From NCBI GenBank assembly GCA_013360915.1, contig JABWAT010000001.1, positions 5,259-69,258 of the forward strand: a DNA stretch of 64,000 nt, written 5' to 3'. The position numbers and the translations under genes are program-made. Position 1 is the stretch's first letter. Each line of letters opens with the position of its first letter. The notes beneath the pieces are model-generated. The model searched no databases, was not told where the DNA came from, and was given only the letters and a program-made list of their open reading frames with translations. Positions 48,983 through 59,112 of the stretch are shown one piece after another. Source of the stretch: Bacteroidota bacterium (GTDB lineage Bacteria; Bacteroidota; JABWAT01).

Positions 48983-50098
48983 ATGAAACCTTTTTTTGGA
49001 TCCGATCCGGATGTATTCCTGAAACAGGTCTGGCAAACCAGACCGGCCTTTTTTAAGGGAGGCCTCGGCAATCCCGCCCTTCCATTCGATCGATCCGGAT
49101 TCATTAAACTGTCCTCGGACAAACGCCTGGTGAGCAGACTTGTTCTGGCAGACACCCACTTCATTGTCGATTATGGCCCGTTTTCACCGCGACGTTTTCG
49201 CTCCCTTCCTGAAACAAACTGGACCCTTCTGATTTCTGAAACGGACCGGATTTACAGGGAGATCCACCAACTGAAATCCCACTTGCCCTTCATTCCGGGA
49301 TGGCGTATGGATGATATCATGATCAGTTATGGGGTTCCAGGCGGAACGGTTGGGCCACATATCGATGAATATGATGTGTTTCTGATTCAGATTGGTGGTG
49401 AAAAGCGATGGAGAATCACCGACTCACGTATTACTTCACCGGTTTACCGCCGCAATGAGGAACTCAGAATCCTCGAACAGTTTAAACCAGATCGTGAATT
49501 TATCTGTAAAACCGGTGATGTGCTTTATCTGCCTCCCGGTATAGGCCATGAAGGGACAACACTTGAGCCTGGCTTTACAGTTTCAATCGGTTTCAGAGCC
49601 CCTTCACTGAAGGAAGGTTTACCGGTACTGGCCGATCTTCTTCTTGCTTCCGGTTCAGACTGGAGATTCGGTGATAAAGGTCGTCAGCCTGACCGTGACC
49701 CGCATCTTCTGTCGGAAACTGATCAGGCCAGGATGAAGAATCTGATGGCTGAATTCAGCGGATCCGATGTTTTCCGGCATTGGGCAGGACGAATGGTAAC
49801 TGAATCGAAGCGGGGATTCGTCTATAAAAAGCCAAGGCTGAAATCGACCGATCTGCTGAAGGTGAAAAACCTCACGTGGGCACCGGGAGTACGCAGGGTT
49901 CTGATAGAAGGCCAGCCGTTATTACTGTATATAGAGGGAACCCACTTTCCGTTACCGGGTCATCCGCTCTTAAAACAGCTGATCGGCGAGGACTCCCACT
50001 CTGAAGCCATTGTGGATGCAGTTAAAAGGGATAAGGACCTGACCACTCTGGTCAAAACGTGTATCCGTAATGGATGGCTGATTCCGTCTTCTTCCTAA
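48983..50098 (+). CDS. JmjC/cupin-4 family oxygenase (ribosomal protein hydroxylase RoxA/YcfD-like)
   Basis: HIDEYDVFLIQIGGEKRWRI, with the HxD...H facial triad (a later H in GIGHEG). At 371 aa it is about the length of E. coli YcfD. Confidence 0.7.
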   Translation: MKPFFGSDPDVFLKQVWQTRPAFFKGGLGNPALPFDRSGFIKLSSDKRLVSRLVLADTHFIVDYGPFSPRRFRSLPETNWTLLISETDRIYREIHQLKSHLPFIPGWRMDDIMISYGVPGGTVGPHIDEYDVFLIQIGGEKRWRITDSRITSPVYRRNEELRILEQFKPDREFICKTGDVLYLPPGIGHEGTTLEPGFTVSIGFRAPSLKEGLPVLADLLLASGSDWRFGDKGRQPDRDPHLLSETDQARMKNLMAEFSGSDVFRHWAGRMVTESKRGFVYKKPRLKSTDLLKVKNLTWAPGVRRVLIEGQPLLLYIEGTHFPLPGHPLLKQLIGEDSHSEAIVDAVKRDKDLTTLVKTCIRNGWLIPSSS

Positions 50099-52527
50099 AA
50101 GTCATCCATCTCCTGCTGCTGACGTTCGCGCTGTTGCTGTCTGGCTTTGTAGTTTTCGCTGATGCGCCATGAAAGTCCGACAAAAACAGATCGGGACTGC
50201 CACCGGTTGAAGGACTCGCTCCGGACAACAGGTGACTGGGTCAGTACGGTACGGGAGCGGGAGTCAAAGACATCATTCACTCTTCCAGTCACAGCCAGGG
50301 CCCCATCGAGGAATTCCCTTCTCAGAGACATATCGACTCCCCAGCTTTCACTGACCTCGCGCTGGGGTTCAATGGTTGGTGCATCATAATTGCCAGAAAG
50401 CTGCAACTGAAGGTTCAGTGGCAGGGTTGTAAACAGATTCAGACGGGTCATCCAGGTAAAAGCCTCCGCATCAGAACCGTTTTGAACTCCGAAGATGCGG
50501 TTTCTGAAACCGGTCCAGCTTCCATTCCATCTGAATGCAGGGCTGATCGAACCGGAAAGACTCCATTCAATGCCGGTGTTTTCCCGGGTTCCTGAATTCA
50601 CTGGCCTGGTAAGCAGCACCCCTTCAGAAACTGTGCTGGTGATATCGGATATCAGATCGGTTGTTTGCCTGAAAAAAACGGTGGTTGTGGCCGTCACCCA
50701 TTGACTGTTCAAAGAGTAACCTGCCTCCCATGAGTTAATAAACTGGGGTTGAAGTGCAGGGTTTCCTGAACGAAGATTCAACGAATCGGCATAATCGACT
50801 GCAGGCAGGAGCGTCCGGTTGCCGGGCCGGTCAATCCGCCGCGAATAACTGATCAACACCTCATGTGCCGGAGAGAAGGAACGGGAAACATGTAAAGACG
50901 GAAACCAGTTCAGATACTGGTTCACCACTGGATCTCCGGCAGATCTTAGCGAGAAATCGGTAATTTCTCCCCGTAACCCAAATAAAACACTCCATTCGGA
51001 CCATTTCAGATTATAACTTGAGTAGCCTGCGTAGATCCATTCATGATAGGTATAAACATCATCCGGCCCGACCTGAAGCCAATCATCTGCTTGGGTGATT
51101 CTTGAGAAATTCCGGTTGAGAGGTTTCATTTGTCGTCCGGAAACCGATGTCCCGGCCTGAACCACATCGGTCCGAAGGACAGAGGAAGACCAGTTTCCTT
51201 CTAAACGAAGATGGGTCCCATCGTTAGAAGAAAAGGCTTTCTGGGACGCAGTCAGCTTCTGAACCGGGAAGAGGTCATTCTGGTCGATGATTTCGTTCCG
51301 GTCGAATCCGAACTGTCTTAAACTCAGGTCCAGATTCCAGTTATTGTCGGGGTTCTTATCACGATGAGTGAGTCCGACGGCGTACTGAAACATCAGCATT
51401 TCCCGCACTGCATCAGATTCCCTTGTGAAACTCCGGATCAGGTTCCGATCATCATCAGACAGGCTGTTTTCAGATAAAGAACGGTTGTCAAACGAAAAGG
51501 ATCGCTGATTCATAGAAACCGTCAGCGTTTTAGTTTCTGAAAATGTCCAGTCGGTCCCGATCCTGAAAGACTGTCCGGCCATGATATTCCGGTTTCGTGC
51601 AGACTGATCCAGAAAGGTGGTGCCAGTATTACCGGTTGTTTCCCGGGCAAGGGTTCCTGTTGATCTGAACGGATTGTACCTGCCATCAAAGGATCCGTAA
51701 AAATTCCAGCTGTCCCACCGGTAATTGCCATTCGCCGATCCATTGAAGCGTCCTTCATTTCCGGCATTGGCCTGCACGATGGTCTGGTAACCCGATTCCT
51801 GTTTATGTTTCAGAATAATATTCACAATTCCTGAAGTTCCCTGCGGGTCATACCGGGCGGAGGGATTGGTGATAATTTCAACGGTTTCAATGGAGGAAAC
51901 CTGTATGCTGTTCAGGATATCACCTGTACTCATCCCTTCCACCTGAGAGGGACGTCCATCAATCAGAATGGTCACATTGGGATTTCCTCTGAGAGAAATA
52001 TTGCCTTCATTATCAACAGACACCGAGGGAACCTGCTGCATGACATCGACAGCCGTACCATTCCCGCCTGGGATCAGGGCTGCAACGTCTACCACTTTTT
52101 TATCGAGTTTGTTCACAATCGGAGGCCGTTGACCGCTGACCACCACTTCCTGAAGATTTATTCCGGTTGGTCCCAACCGTATATCTTCCAACCGGACTTG
52201 TGGTTCTTTTGGGTTGACCCGTATTTCGTTAATCGTAGCAGGATCATAGCCAATAAAGGAAACTTTAAGCTGATACCGGCCATAGGGAACCTCGGACAGG
52301 ATAAATTCACCTGTCTTATCCGAAATGGTACCTGACTGCATAACCGAGTCCCGAACCCGGATCAGGACGATGTTGCTGTATTCCAGAGGATCACCACTTT
52401 CAGAATCAAGTATCCGTCCTGAAACGGACCCTGTTCCCGATGGACGACCACCGGTGGGAGACTGGGCAACGGCTAAAGTTGAAAAAAGCATCAGAAGAGT
52501 TAAAAGTCGGATTGTCATGATTGGCAA
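50095..52527 (-). CDS. TonB-dependent receptor-like outer-membrane protein with a CarboxypepD_reg N-terminal domain
   Basis: Signal peptide, a GSVSGRILDSESGDPLEYSNIVL... carboxypeptidase-regulatory fold, a plug region (DVMQQVPSVSVDNEGNISLRGN), then a long barrel. It overlaps the previous gene convergently by 4 nt. Confidence 0.8.
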   Translation of the reverse strand: MPIMTIRLLTLLMLFSTLAVAQSPTGGRPSGTGSVSGRILDSESGDPLEYSNIVLIRVRDSVMQSGTISDKTGEFILSEVPYGRYQLKVSFIGYDPATINEIRVNPKEPQVRLEDIRLGPTGINLQEVVVSGQRPPIVNKLDKKVVDVAALIPGGNGTAVDVMQQVPSVSVDNEGNISLRGNPNVTILIDGRPSQVEGMSTGDILNSIQVSSIETVEIITNPSARYDPQGTSGIVNIILKHKQESGYQTIVQANAGNEGRFNGSANGNYRWDSWNFYGSFDGRYNPFRSTGTLARETTGNTGTTFLDQSARNRNIMAGQSFRIGTDWTFSETKTLTVSMNQRSFSFDNRSLSENSLSDDDRNLIRSFTRESDAVREMLMFQYAVGLTHRDKNPDNNWNLDLSLRQFGFDRNEIIDQNDLFPVQKLTASQKAFSSNDGTHLRLEGNWSSSVLRTDVVQAGTSVSGRQMKPLNRNFSRITQADDWLQVGPDDVYTYHEWIYAGYSSYNLKWSEWSVLFGLRGEITDFSLRSAGDPVVNQYLNWFPSLHVSRSFSPAHEVLISYSRRIDRPGNRTLLPAVDYADSLNLRSGNPALQPQFINSWEAGYSLNSQWVTATTTVFFRQTTDLISDITSTVSEGVLLTRPVNSGTRENTGIEWSLSGSISPAFRWNGSWTGFRNRIFGVQNGSDAEAFTWMTRLNLFTTLPLNLQLQLSGNYDAPTIEPQREVSESWGVDMSLRREFLDGALAVTGRVNDVFDSRSRTVLTQSPVVRSESFNRWQSRSVFVGLSWRISENYKARQQQRERQQQEMDDF

Positions 52528-52571
52528 CAGATGGTTTTTGATTATAATTTTAGATACAACAACAATCCGGA

Positions 52572-53474
52572 ATGTTTAATTCGATGAAAACCATACTGCT
52601 GGGATTAATTTTTTTTATGGCCACTCCTCAAACACTGACCGATTTTCCACTGGTTAAGTCGGCGACTGGAAAGGTGGTCCGGTTATCGGTCCCCCCTCCG
52701 GATGGAAATCAGATTCTTCCCAGACCAATAGATGTCTGGTTGCCACCAGGTTATGGTCAGGACACCTCGGCTCACTATCCGGTTTTATACATGCACGATG
52801 GTCAGAATCTGTTTGATTCTGCCTTGTCTTTTATTGGTGTGGATTGGGGGGTGGATGAGTGGATGACCCGGTTGATCAACGAGGGAAAAATTCGTCCGGC
52901 CATTGTGGTTGGTATCTGGAACAGTCCCGAACGGGTTGCTGACTACATGCCGGAAAAACCAGTGAAAACCTTAAACCGATCCATCCTTTCAGAGTTATTT
53001 AAACGATTTACCGATCTGAACAAGAGTGATGATTATCTGAAGTATCTGGTTTTCACGCTTAAGCCTGAAATCGACAGGCAATTCAGAACAATGCCAGATG
53101 CCCCCAATACGATCATCATGGGATCGAGCATGGGAGGGTTAATTTCATTGTATGCCATGTGCGAGTACCCAGCTGTTTTTGGAAGTGCCGGTTGTGTAAG
53201 CACACATTGGCCGGCTGCTGACGGACTGGTGCTTGGATATCTGAAAACCAACCTTCCCAACCCCGGATACAACCGATGGTACTTCGATTTCGGGACTGAG
53301 ACGCTGGACAAGGATTACGAACCATTTCAGGTCAGAGCGGATACCATCATGCAACAAGCCGGGTATCAACCGGGTAAGGATTGGATCACCCTGAAGTTTG
53401 AAGGCGCCGATCACTCTGAACGATCCTGGAACAAGCGCCTGGACAATCCCTTGTTGTTTCTGCTCGGACGCTAA
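52572..53474 (+). CDS. esterase-family alpha/beta hydrolase (enterochelin-esterase/IroE-like 'putative esterase')
   Basis: YPVLYMHDGQNLF, the nucleophile elbow GSSMGG, a C-terminal H in ADHSE and an N-terminal signal-like segment. Confidence 0.78.
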   Translation: MFNSMKTILLGLIFFMATPQTLTDFPLVKSATGKVVRLSVPPPDGNQILPRPIDVWLPPGYGQDTSAHYPVLYMHDGQNLFDSALSFIGVDWGVDEWMTRLINEGKIRPAIVVGIWNSPERVADYMPEKPVKTLNRSILSELFKRFTDLNKSDDYLKYLVFTLKPEIDRQFRTMPDAPNTIIMGSSMGGLISLYAMCEYPAVFGSAGCVSTHWPAADGLVLGYLKTNLPNPGYNRWYFDFGTETLDKDYEPFQVRADTIMQQAGYQPGKDWITLKFEGADHSERSWNKRLDNPLLFLLGR

Positions 53475-54874
53475 TTCCGGCTCAGTTTCTCAATCCGTTT
53501 TCTGATTTCGGATTCACAAACTTTACAGAAGGCTGGTCGGTTTCTCGAAAACATGATACAATCGATTTCGGGTCTGTAAACACCTTTTGCCAGATAGCCT
53601 CCTCCCTCAAACGCACCGGTTATTCCCATCAGTGAATCAGGGGAGAGGAAAAACCTGGTGAGTTGCTTTTCATGGCGGAACAAGGCTTCCATCTCAGAAA
53701 CTGGTGCTCCCGACGCGGTCAGTTCCCTCCTCTTTTTCTGGATTTCCACCATGGCCGAGTCATAGCCCGATTGATTCCATGGAGTTGGAATCCGGACGCC
53801 TGGCGACAGCAAGGATTCCCATTTGGGCCTTCCGCCCGGAAGTGAGGACAGGTTTGGTTCACGGGGTTCCGGACCTGCCTTAACCACGTACGCAATCTGA
53901 GAAGTGTAGTATTCATCTCCCAATCCGGCGAATGAATGTCCGAATTCATGAATAAATACGTAGGGAGATTGTTCATTATCAGAGGCTGAAACCGCATAAA
54001 GGTTGTAAATACCACCACCTCCATATTTCCTGCTATTCACCAGAACCAACAAGACATCCCAGGGATAGGAAGCTGCCAGGTTCATGATCATTCCTGGATC
54101 TGAGCTGAGAATATACCGGTCAGAATTGAAAAAATTATAGGTAAAACCCAGAGGGCCCTGTGCCCATTTCTGATTAACCGGGTCCGGAATTCCTTCCGTT
54201 TCTGATGGGATCATGGCAGCACGAAGGTTAAACCGGTCTTTCATGGAGAGAAATGGTTCTGTGTTGAATAAATGACCGGAAAGACGGCCTGCGTCGTTAA
54301 AAAATTTCGCAGTATCAGCCTCGGTGTATCCATCCCCCAGAATCAGTACATCCACCTTTCCCTGGGGTTCTCCTGATAAAAAGAAGTCTCTTCCAACCTG
54401 TCTGACGGGCGGCGAGAATGGAACCAGACCAGAATCCGGAACCCTTAAGCTCAACATGGGATGAAAGATACCGAGAGAGTCATTCCAGACAGACAGAACC
54501 AGATCGGCTGACACAACCGGTTTTGGAAAACGAACCGATTCCCGAAAAATCTGAACAACCGAGTCGAGTCCATCCTGAGTGGTTTTATATTCACCGAAAA
54601 TGCTGTTGAATTCTGTAGCGTAGAGAACGGTTCCGGAGTTCATAATCTTCAGCTCGGCGCGGTAAAGTGCATGGCCAGCCAGTGAGTCTGAAAGGTCCTC
54701 AGGTCCGGGCCAGGGTCCTTCTGTTACCCATCGGTCCGGAACCACCTTTTCTTCCCAGGCATGCCCGACATGGGAATATTCAAAACGGATGGTGGTTGAA
54801 AAATCGAGGTTCCGTTGAGTGGAGCATGACAACCCCGTAAAAACCAGAATGAGTAATAAAAAAATTCTGAACAT
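53471..54874 (-). CDS. peptidase M64 (IgA-peptidase-like zinc metalloprotease)
   Basis: HEFGHSFAGLGDEY zinc motif. The internal ATG at 54874 gives the signal/lipoprotein-like N-terminus MFRIFLLLILVFTGLSCS. Confidence 0.82.
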   Translation of the reverse strand: MFRIFLLLILVFTGLSCSTQRNLDFSTTIRFEYSHVGHAWEEKVVPDRWVTEGPWPGPEDLSDSLAGHALYRAELKIMNSGTVLYATEFNSIFGEYKTTQDGLDSVVQIFRESVRFPKPVVSADLVLSVWNDSLGIFHPMLSLRVPDSGLVPFSPPVRQVGRDFFLSGEPQGKVDVLILGDGYTEADTAKFFNDAGRLSGHLFNTEPFLSMKDRFNLRAAMIPSETEGIPDPVNQKWAQGPLGFTYNFFNSDRYILSSDPGMIMNLAASYPWDVLLVLVNSRKYGGGGIYNLYAVSASDNEQSPYVFIHEFGHSFAGLGDEYYTSQIAYVVKAGPEPREPNLSSLPGGRPKWESLLSPGVRIPTPWNQSGYDSAMVEIQKKRRELTASGAPVSEMEALFRHEKQLTRFFLSPDSLMGITGAFEGGGYLAKGVYRPEIDCIMFSRNRPAFCKVCESEIRKRIEKLSRN

Positions 54875-54967
54875 GGTAAAATCTCCCTTCAGGCAATATA
54901 CAACTTCTTTTCCTGCTTTGAATCGGTTAAAAACAGGCCGATATTCTGAACACGAACAACCCATATT

Positions 54968-55525
54968 ATGAATGCCCCTGCTTCTTTTCTCAACCCGCTG
55001 ATCCCTGTTTTCAGGTTTTGTCCTTCATGCGGTAAACAGACCTTCTCACCAGAAAGTGAAAAATCATTTTCCTGTTCTGCGTGTGGACTCCGTTATTTTA
55101 TCAATTCGGCCTGTGCTGTTGCTGTAATTCTGATCAACGACAACGGAGAGCTTTTACTCACGCGACGTGCCTTTGAACCAGCCAAAGGTTTACTGGATCT
55201 TCCCGGCGGATTTGTGGATATCGGCGAACCTGCAGAAGCAGCGATGAGACGTGAAATCCGGGAGGAATTGGGTTTGGAGCTTTCCTCTCTATCATTTCTG
55301 TGTTCCCGACCCAACCGGTATGATTATGCAGGGGTTACCTATTATACCACCGATCTGACATTTACTTCCCCTCTTCCTTCTGGCACCCATCTTTCACTTT
55401 CTGATGAAATCGATTCTGTGGAATGGGTCCGACCCGAATTGATTCCTTTTGACCGCATCGGTCTGGAATCGATCAGGGAGATTCTGCGTTACTATCAAAC
55501 CAAACAGACCGGAGCATACCGATGA
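54968..55525 (+). CDS. NUDIX hydrolase with an N-terminal zinc ribbon
   Basis: CPSCG...CSACG ribbon and the Nudix box GGFVDIGEPAEAAMRREIREELGL. Confidence 0.85.
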   Translation: MNAPASFLNPLIPVFRFCPSCGKQTFSPESEKSFSCSACGLRYFINSACAVAVILINDNGELLLTRRAFEPAKGLLDLPGGFVDIGEPAEAAMRREIREELGLELSSLSFLCSRPNRYDYAGVTYYTTDLTFTSPLPSGTHLSLSDEIDSVEWVRPELIPFDRIGLESIREILRYYQTKQTGAYR

Positions 55526-57561
55526 AAAAAATCACCTGGAGTTTTCTGATCATCCTGATCGGCTGGAGTGTCTCACTACATGCCTCGCTTTCCCCTGAAG
55601 CCCTGCTTTCTCTGAAACAGGTCAGTTCTGCAAGCATGCATCCGAACGGACAGCTGATTGCTTACACCCTGATGATTCCCCGTTCGGCTGGCGACAAACC
55701 CGGCCCCGCCTATAATGAATTGTGGGTTTATGATATCAAAACCGGCAAGTCACGTCCCTTCATTACCGGAAAGGTGAATGTGAGGTCGGTGGAATGGTCA
55801 GTCAACGGCGAGTCCATTCTGTTCCTTACCACGCGGGGTTCGGTTCCCCAGGTTTTTGGAATTTCATTGGCTGGCGGTGAAGCACAAGCACTGACCAACC
55901 ACCCAACAGCAATCAGGGCGTTTCGTGAATCGGGCGATGGGAAAACACTTTACTTCACTTCACAGGAACCCGAGGATCCTTCTCAGAAGAAATTGAAGGA
56001 CCAGGGATATGATTTCATTTATTTCGAGGAAAACTGGACACACATCAACCTGTATGAATCAAAACGTGATGCAACAGGGACCTTCGGCTCGGCCAACCGA
56101 CTGACAGACGGGATCACCGTCAGAGAGTTTGAACTCAGTCCGGACGAAAAAACGATTGCTTTTTCGGGAACCCCTAAAAACCTGATTGATGATGAATATG
56201 TGGATAACCGGATTTACCTCCTTGATCTTTCGACCGGTACCTATAACCGGTTCAGTTCAAACAAGGGAAAACTCGGCACTTTTTCATGGTCTTCCGACTC
56301 AAAGTCCCTTGTTTATACAGGTGCTTTTGATGAAAATGATCATGCAGTCAGCCAGTTATTTTACCATCCGCTTGGAACAAAAGAAGCGATTAATCTGACT
56401 CCCGCTTCTTACCGGGGACATATCAGTGAGGCAACCTGGGCAGATCCATCCACCATTTTGTATCTCGCCGCTGAAGGGACCTCCACCTCATTGTATTCGG
56501 TTTCGCCTGATGGTAAAAAAAGGCAGAAGGTGTTCGATACAGCGTCTTCCGGGTTGGTATTCAGCTTTCCAGATGAATCGCGTGATCGTAAACGCCTGAC
56601 CATGGTTGCTTCCACTCCAATGTCCCCGAATGAATTGTATATGGTTTCGCGGGGTGAAAAACCGGAACGGCTCACGGTTTCCAATCCTGTTCTGGCATCG
56701 GCCACCCTGGGAAAACAGGAAGTGATCACCTATTCTGCTTCTGATGGAGTTCAAATTGAAGGCCTGTTGATCTACCCCGTCGGATATGAAAAAGGGAAAA
56801 CATACCCACTGATCACCATCGTACATGGTGGACCTGAATCCCATTATTCAAATGGTTGGATTACCGGGTACGGGCAACCAGGACAGGTATTTGCTGCCAA
56901 GGGGTATCTGGTATTTTATCCGAATTACCGGGCCAGTACAGGTTATGGTCTTGAATTCGCCCGTGCTGGATTCGGAGATGCGGCGGGACGTGAATTTGAT
57001 GATATCGCCGATGGAATCCGGTTCCTGTTCAGGCAGGGCCTGGCCGACTCCCTTCGTTCAGGAATGATGGGCGGTTCCTATGGTGGATACGCTTCCGCCT
57101 GGTTTGGAACCCGTTACACCGATCTGGTCAGAGCAGTCCATATGTTCGTTGGTATCAGCAACGTTATATCCAAAACCGGAACCACCGATATTCCCCGGGA
57201 GGAATTACTGGTTCATGCAGGAAAGCCCATCGATGAAACCTGGGATTTTTCCCTGAGAAGAAGTCCCATCTATTATGCCGGACAGAGTAAAACAGCCTTT
57301 TTAATATCGGGTGGAACCGAGGATACCCGTGTGCATCCTGGTCAGAGCCTTGAAATGTACAGGGCATTGAAGCGACACAACCATCCGGCTGTCCGCCTGG
57401 TTCAGTATCCCGGTGAACCACATGGCAATCTGAAGCAAACCAGCCGTGCAGATTTTCTTTTCCGCACCCTTGCCTGGATGGATTGGTACGTCCGGGATCT
57501 GAAGCCGCTGAATGGACCGATGCCACCACTCGACATCAGTCATTCCTATGGGTTAAAATGA
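55522..57561 (+). CDS. S9-family serine peptidase (prolyl oligopeptidase / acylaminoacyl-peptidase type)
   Basis: Signal peptide, an N-terminal propeller, the catalytic motif GGSYGGY, then the later GTEDTRV (Asp) and EPHG (His). Confidence 0.9.
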   Translation: MKKITWSFLIILIGWSVSLHASLSPEALLSLKQVSSASMHPNGQLIAYTLMIPRSAGDKPGPAYNELWVYDIKTGKSRPFITGKVNVRSVEWSVNGESILFLTTRGSVPQVFGISLAGGEAQALTNHPTAIRAFRESGDGKTLYFTSQEPEDPSQKKLKDQGYDFIYFEENWTHINLYESKRDATGTFGSANRLTDGITVREFELSPDEKTIAFSGTPKNLIDDEYVDNRIYLLDLSTGTYNRFSSNKGKLGTFSWSSDSKSLVYTGAFDENDHAVSQLFYHPLGTKEAINLTPASYRGHISEATWADPSTILYLAAEGTSTSLYSVSPDGKKRQKVFDTASSGLVFSFPDESRDRKRLTMVASTPMSPNELYMVSRGEKPERLTVSNPVLASATLGKQEVITYSASDGVQIEGLLIYPVGYEKGKTYPLITIVHGGPESHYSNGWITGYGQPGQVFAAKGYLVFYPNYRASTGYGLEFARAGFGDAAGREFDDIADGIRFLFRQGLADSLRSGMMGGSYGGYASAWFGTRYTDLVRAVHMFVGISNVISKTGTTDIPREELLVHAGKPIDETWDFSLRRSPIYYAGQSKTAFLISGGTEDTRVHPGQSLEMYRALKRHNHPAVRLVQYPGEPHGNLKQTSRADFLFRTLAWMDWYVRDLKPLNGPMPPLDISHSYGLK

Positions 57562-57587
57562 AAAAGGGGGCCTTGCCCCCTTTTTTA
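57561..57587. terminator. bidirectional intrinsic terminator
   Basis: AAAAA-GGGGGC-CTT-GCCCCC-TTTTTT lies between the convergent S9 peptidase and the DUF2892-like gene. It overlaps the latter's stop. Confidence 0.72.
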
Positions 57588-57764
57588 CTTTTTCGTTGTA
57601 AGTCCCAAAGGAATATATAATGGACACCAGGCAATCAATGAGGTGGCAAAAAAGACCAGACCAATCAATCCCCACCAGGATTCAAAAACATAACCTGCAC
57701 CCATGATACCGATACCGGCAATTGCACGAATGATGCGATCAATGGTTCCAATATTCTGTTTCAT
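57585..57764 (-). CDS. small membrane protein, DUF2892 / YgaP-C-terminal-like (59 aa; missing from the ORF track because it is under 60 aa)
   Basis: My own translation is MKQNIGTIDRIIRAIAGIGIMGAGYVFESWWGLIGLVFFATSLIAWCPLYIPLGLTTKK. The N-terminal (N)xGxxDRxIRxxxG and C-terminal CP(L)Y are the DUF2892 hallmarks. Confidence 0.6.
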   Translation of the reverse strand: MKQNIGTIDRIIRAIAGIGIMGAGYVFESWWGLIGLVFFATSLIAWCPLYIPLGLTTKK

Positions 57765-57838
57765 CAGTTATTTCCTTTTTTTGGTAATGTTTCCGATTAG
57801 AGTGTAAAGTTTTAAAAAGGTGTCAGGAAAAGTCCGAT

Positions 57839-58168
57839 ATGAATCAAGACCGTCTGAATAAGTTACTGCAATTTTTGGAAAAGGATCCTGATGATTCCTT
57901 TACCCGTTATGCGATTGCGCTTGAATACCAGAAATCGGGACAGACAGAAGAAGCCATCCGGTATTACACCCGGTTAGCAGAAATCAATCCGGCCTATCTT
58001 GGAACCTGGTACCAATTGGGCTGGTGTTATGAAAAAACCGGAAATGAAGAAAAGGCCAGGGAAACCTACCGTCTTGGAATTCAGCAAGCACGACTGCAGG
58101 GTAACCAGCATACCCTCGCCGAACTTCAGAATGCGCTGATGAAACTGGAGTTGGGCGAGGATATTTAA
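57839..58168 (+). CDS. tetratricopeptide-repeat protein
   Basis: TPR helices (ALEYQKSGQTEEAIRYYTRLAEINPAYLGTWYQLGWCYEKTGNEEKARETY). Confidence 0.7.
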   Translation: MNQDRLNKLLQFLEKDPDDSFTRYAIALEYQKSGQTEEAIRYYTRLAEINPAYLGTWYQLGWCYEKTGNEEKARETYRLGIQQARLQGNQHTLAELQNALMKLELGEDI

Positions 58169-58174
58169 TTCATA

Positions 58175-59092
58175 TCAGTCGTCATTCCGGACGACCGGGT
58201 ACTTGTCCTTCAGAGAAGTTTTGAGTTTTTCATAAGCGGCCTGCCGGGTCAGGGCGATTGCCTTTGCAGACAGATCTGCCTCTTCGGGACGCACTTCACG
58301 CTTATCGGTCACCATCAGAATATGGAAACCACCGGGTGATCTGAAAATATCGGATACTTTATTTTTTTCCATTGAAAAAGCGACTTCTTCAATATGGCTG
58401 ATCAGGGTTCCACGGCGGATGTATCCAAGATCTCCGCCGAAACGAGCAGATCCATCTTCGGAGTACAACCTTGCCAATTTTGAAAAACCAGCTGTGCCAC
58501 TTCCTTCAGCTTGTTTTCTGACCTGATCGAGTCGGCGGTAAGCCGATTCAACCTGCTCTTTCGGGGCAGAAACCGGAACTTTCACCATAATCTGAGATAC
58601 TTTGATTTCAGGAAATACATCGGATTGTTTCAGAGAATCCATGATGGCGGAAGATGCAACGGTAATGGAATCGGTAATGGTAGCTTTCAGAAAGGCATTC
58701 ACTCGGCTGGCATCCCTCAGATCATTCATCCAGTCTTCCTCTGTGATACCACTTTCACGCAATTTTTGCTCAAAGACTGAATCGGACTGAACGGAGGCCT
58801 TAATCATCTGTGATTGGCGATTAACAAAGGCGGTGTCGTACTCGAACCCCGCTTCTCTGGCTGCAAGCGTCAGACGGGCATTGTTAATCATTTCCTCCAG
58901 CAACATATCAGTCAACCGGACACTATCCTCGCTGGAATAGTTGCCAATCCGTTCAAGGGCTTGTTTCACAGCCAACTGATACCGGGTTTTCTTAATGGGA
59001 TAATCACCTACTCTAAGCAGTTCATCATCCGATGTGCCCGAACAGGAGAATAAGATCAGGGTTGAGAGCGAGAGGTAAAGAAACGTTTTCAT
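58175..59092 (-). CDS. parvulin-type peptidyl-prolyl isomerase lipoprotein (SurA/PrsA-like)
   Basis: The ATG at 59092 gives MKTFLYLSLSTLILFSCSG (lipobox). The PpiC domain carries ...FGGDLGYIRRG... and GGFHILMV. The ORF-track N-terminal extension runs through the hairpin array and I rejected it. Confidence 0.85.
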   Translation of the reverse strand: MKTFLYLSLSTLILFSCSGTSDDELLRVGDYPIKKTRYQLAVKQALERIGNYSSEDSVRLTDMLLEEMINNARLTLAAREAGFEYDTAFVNRQSQMIKASVQSDSVFEQKLRESGITEEDWMNDLRDASRVNAFLKATITDSITVASSAIMDSLKQSDVFPEIKVSQIMVKVPVSAPKEQVESAYRRLDQVRKQAEGSGTAGFSKLARLYSEDGSARFGGDLGYIRRGTLISHIEEVAFSMEKNKVSDIFRSPGGFHILMVTDKREVRPEEADLSAKAIALTRQAAYEKLKTSLKDKYPVVRNDD

Positions 59093-59112
59093 AGACTTCC
59101 GATGAATTGATA

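Noticed and set aside
50095-50098. Convergent gene pairs whose stop regions overlap: roxA-like/TBDR by 4 nt, esterase/M64 by 4 nt (53471-53474), and methyltransferase/Omp85 by 28 nt (19972-19999).
   Set aside because: This is common in compact genomes and needs no special mechanism. The only consequence noted is that these junctions lack room for terminator hairpins.
52528-52571. A Fur-box-like TGATTATAATTTT in the TonB-dependent receptor / esterase spacer.
   Set aside because: It only partly resembles GATAATGATAATCATTATC within an AT-rich spacer, so I cannot distinguish it from chance without a matrix scan. It is mentioned only as a check in the corresponding finding.
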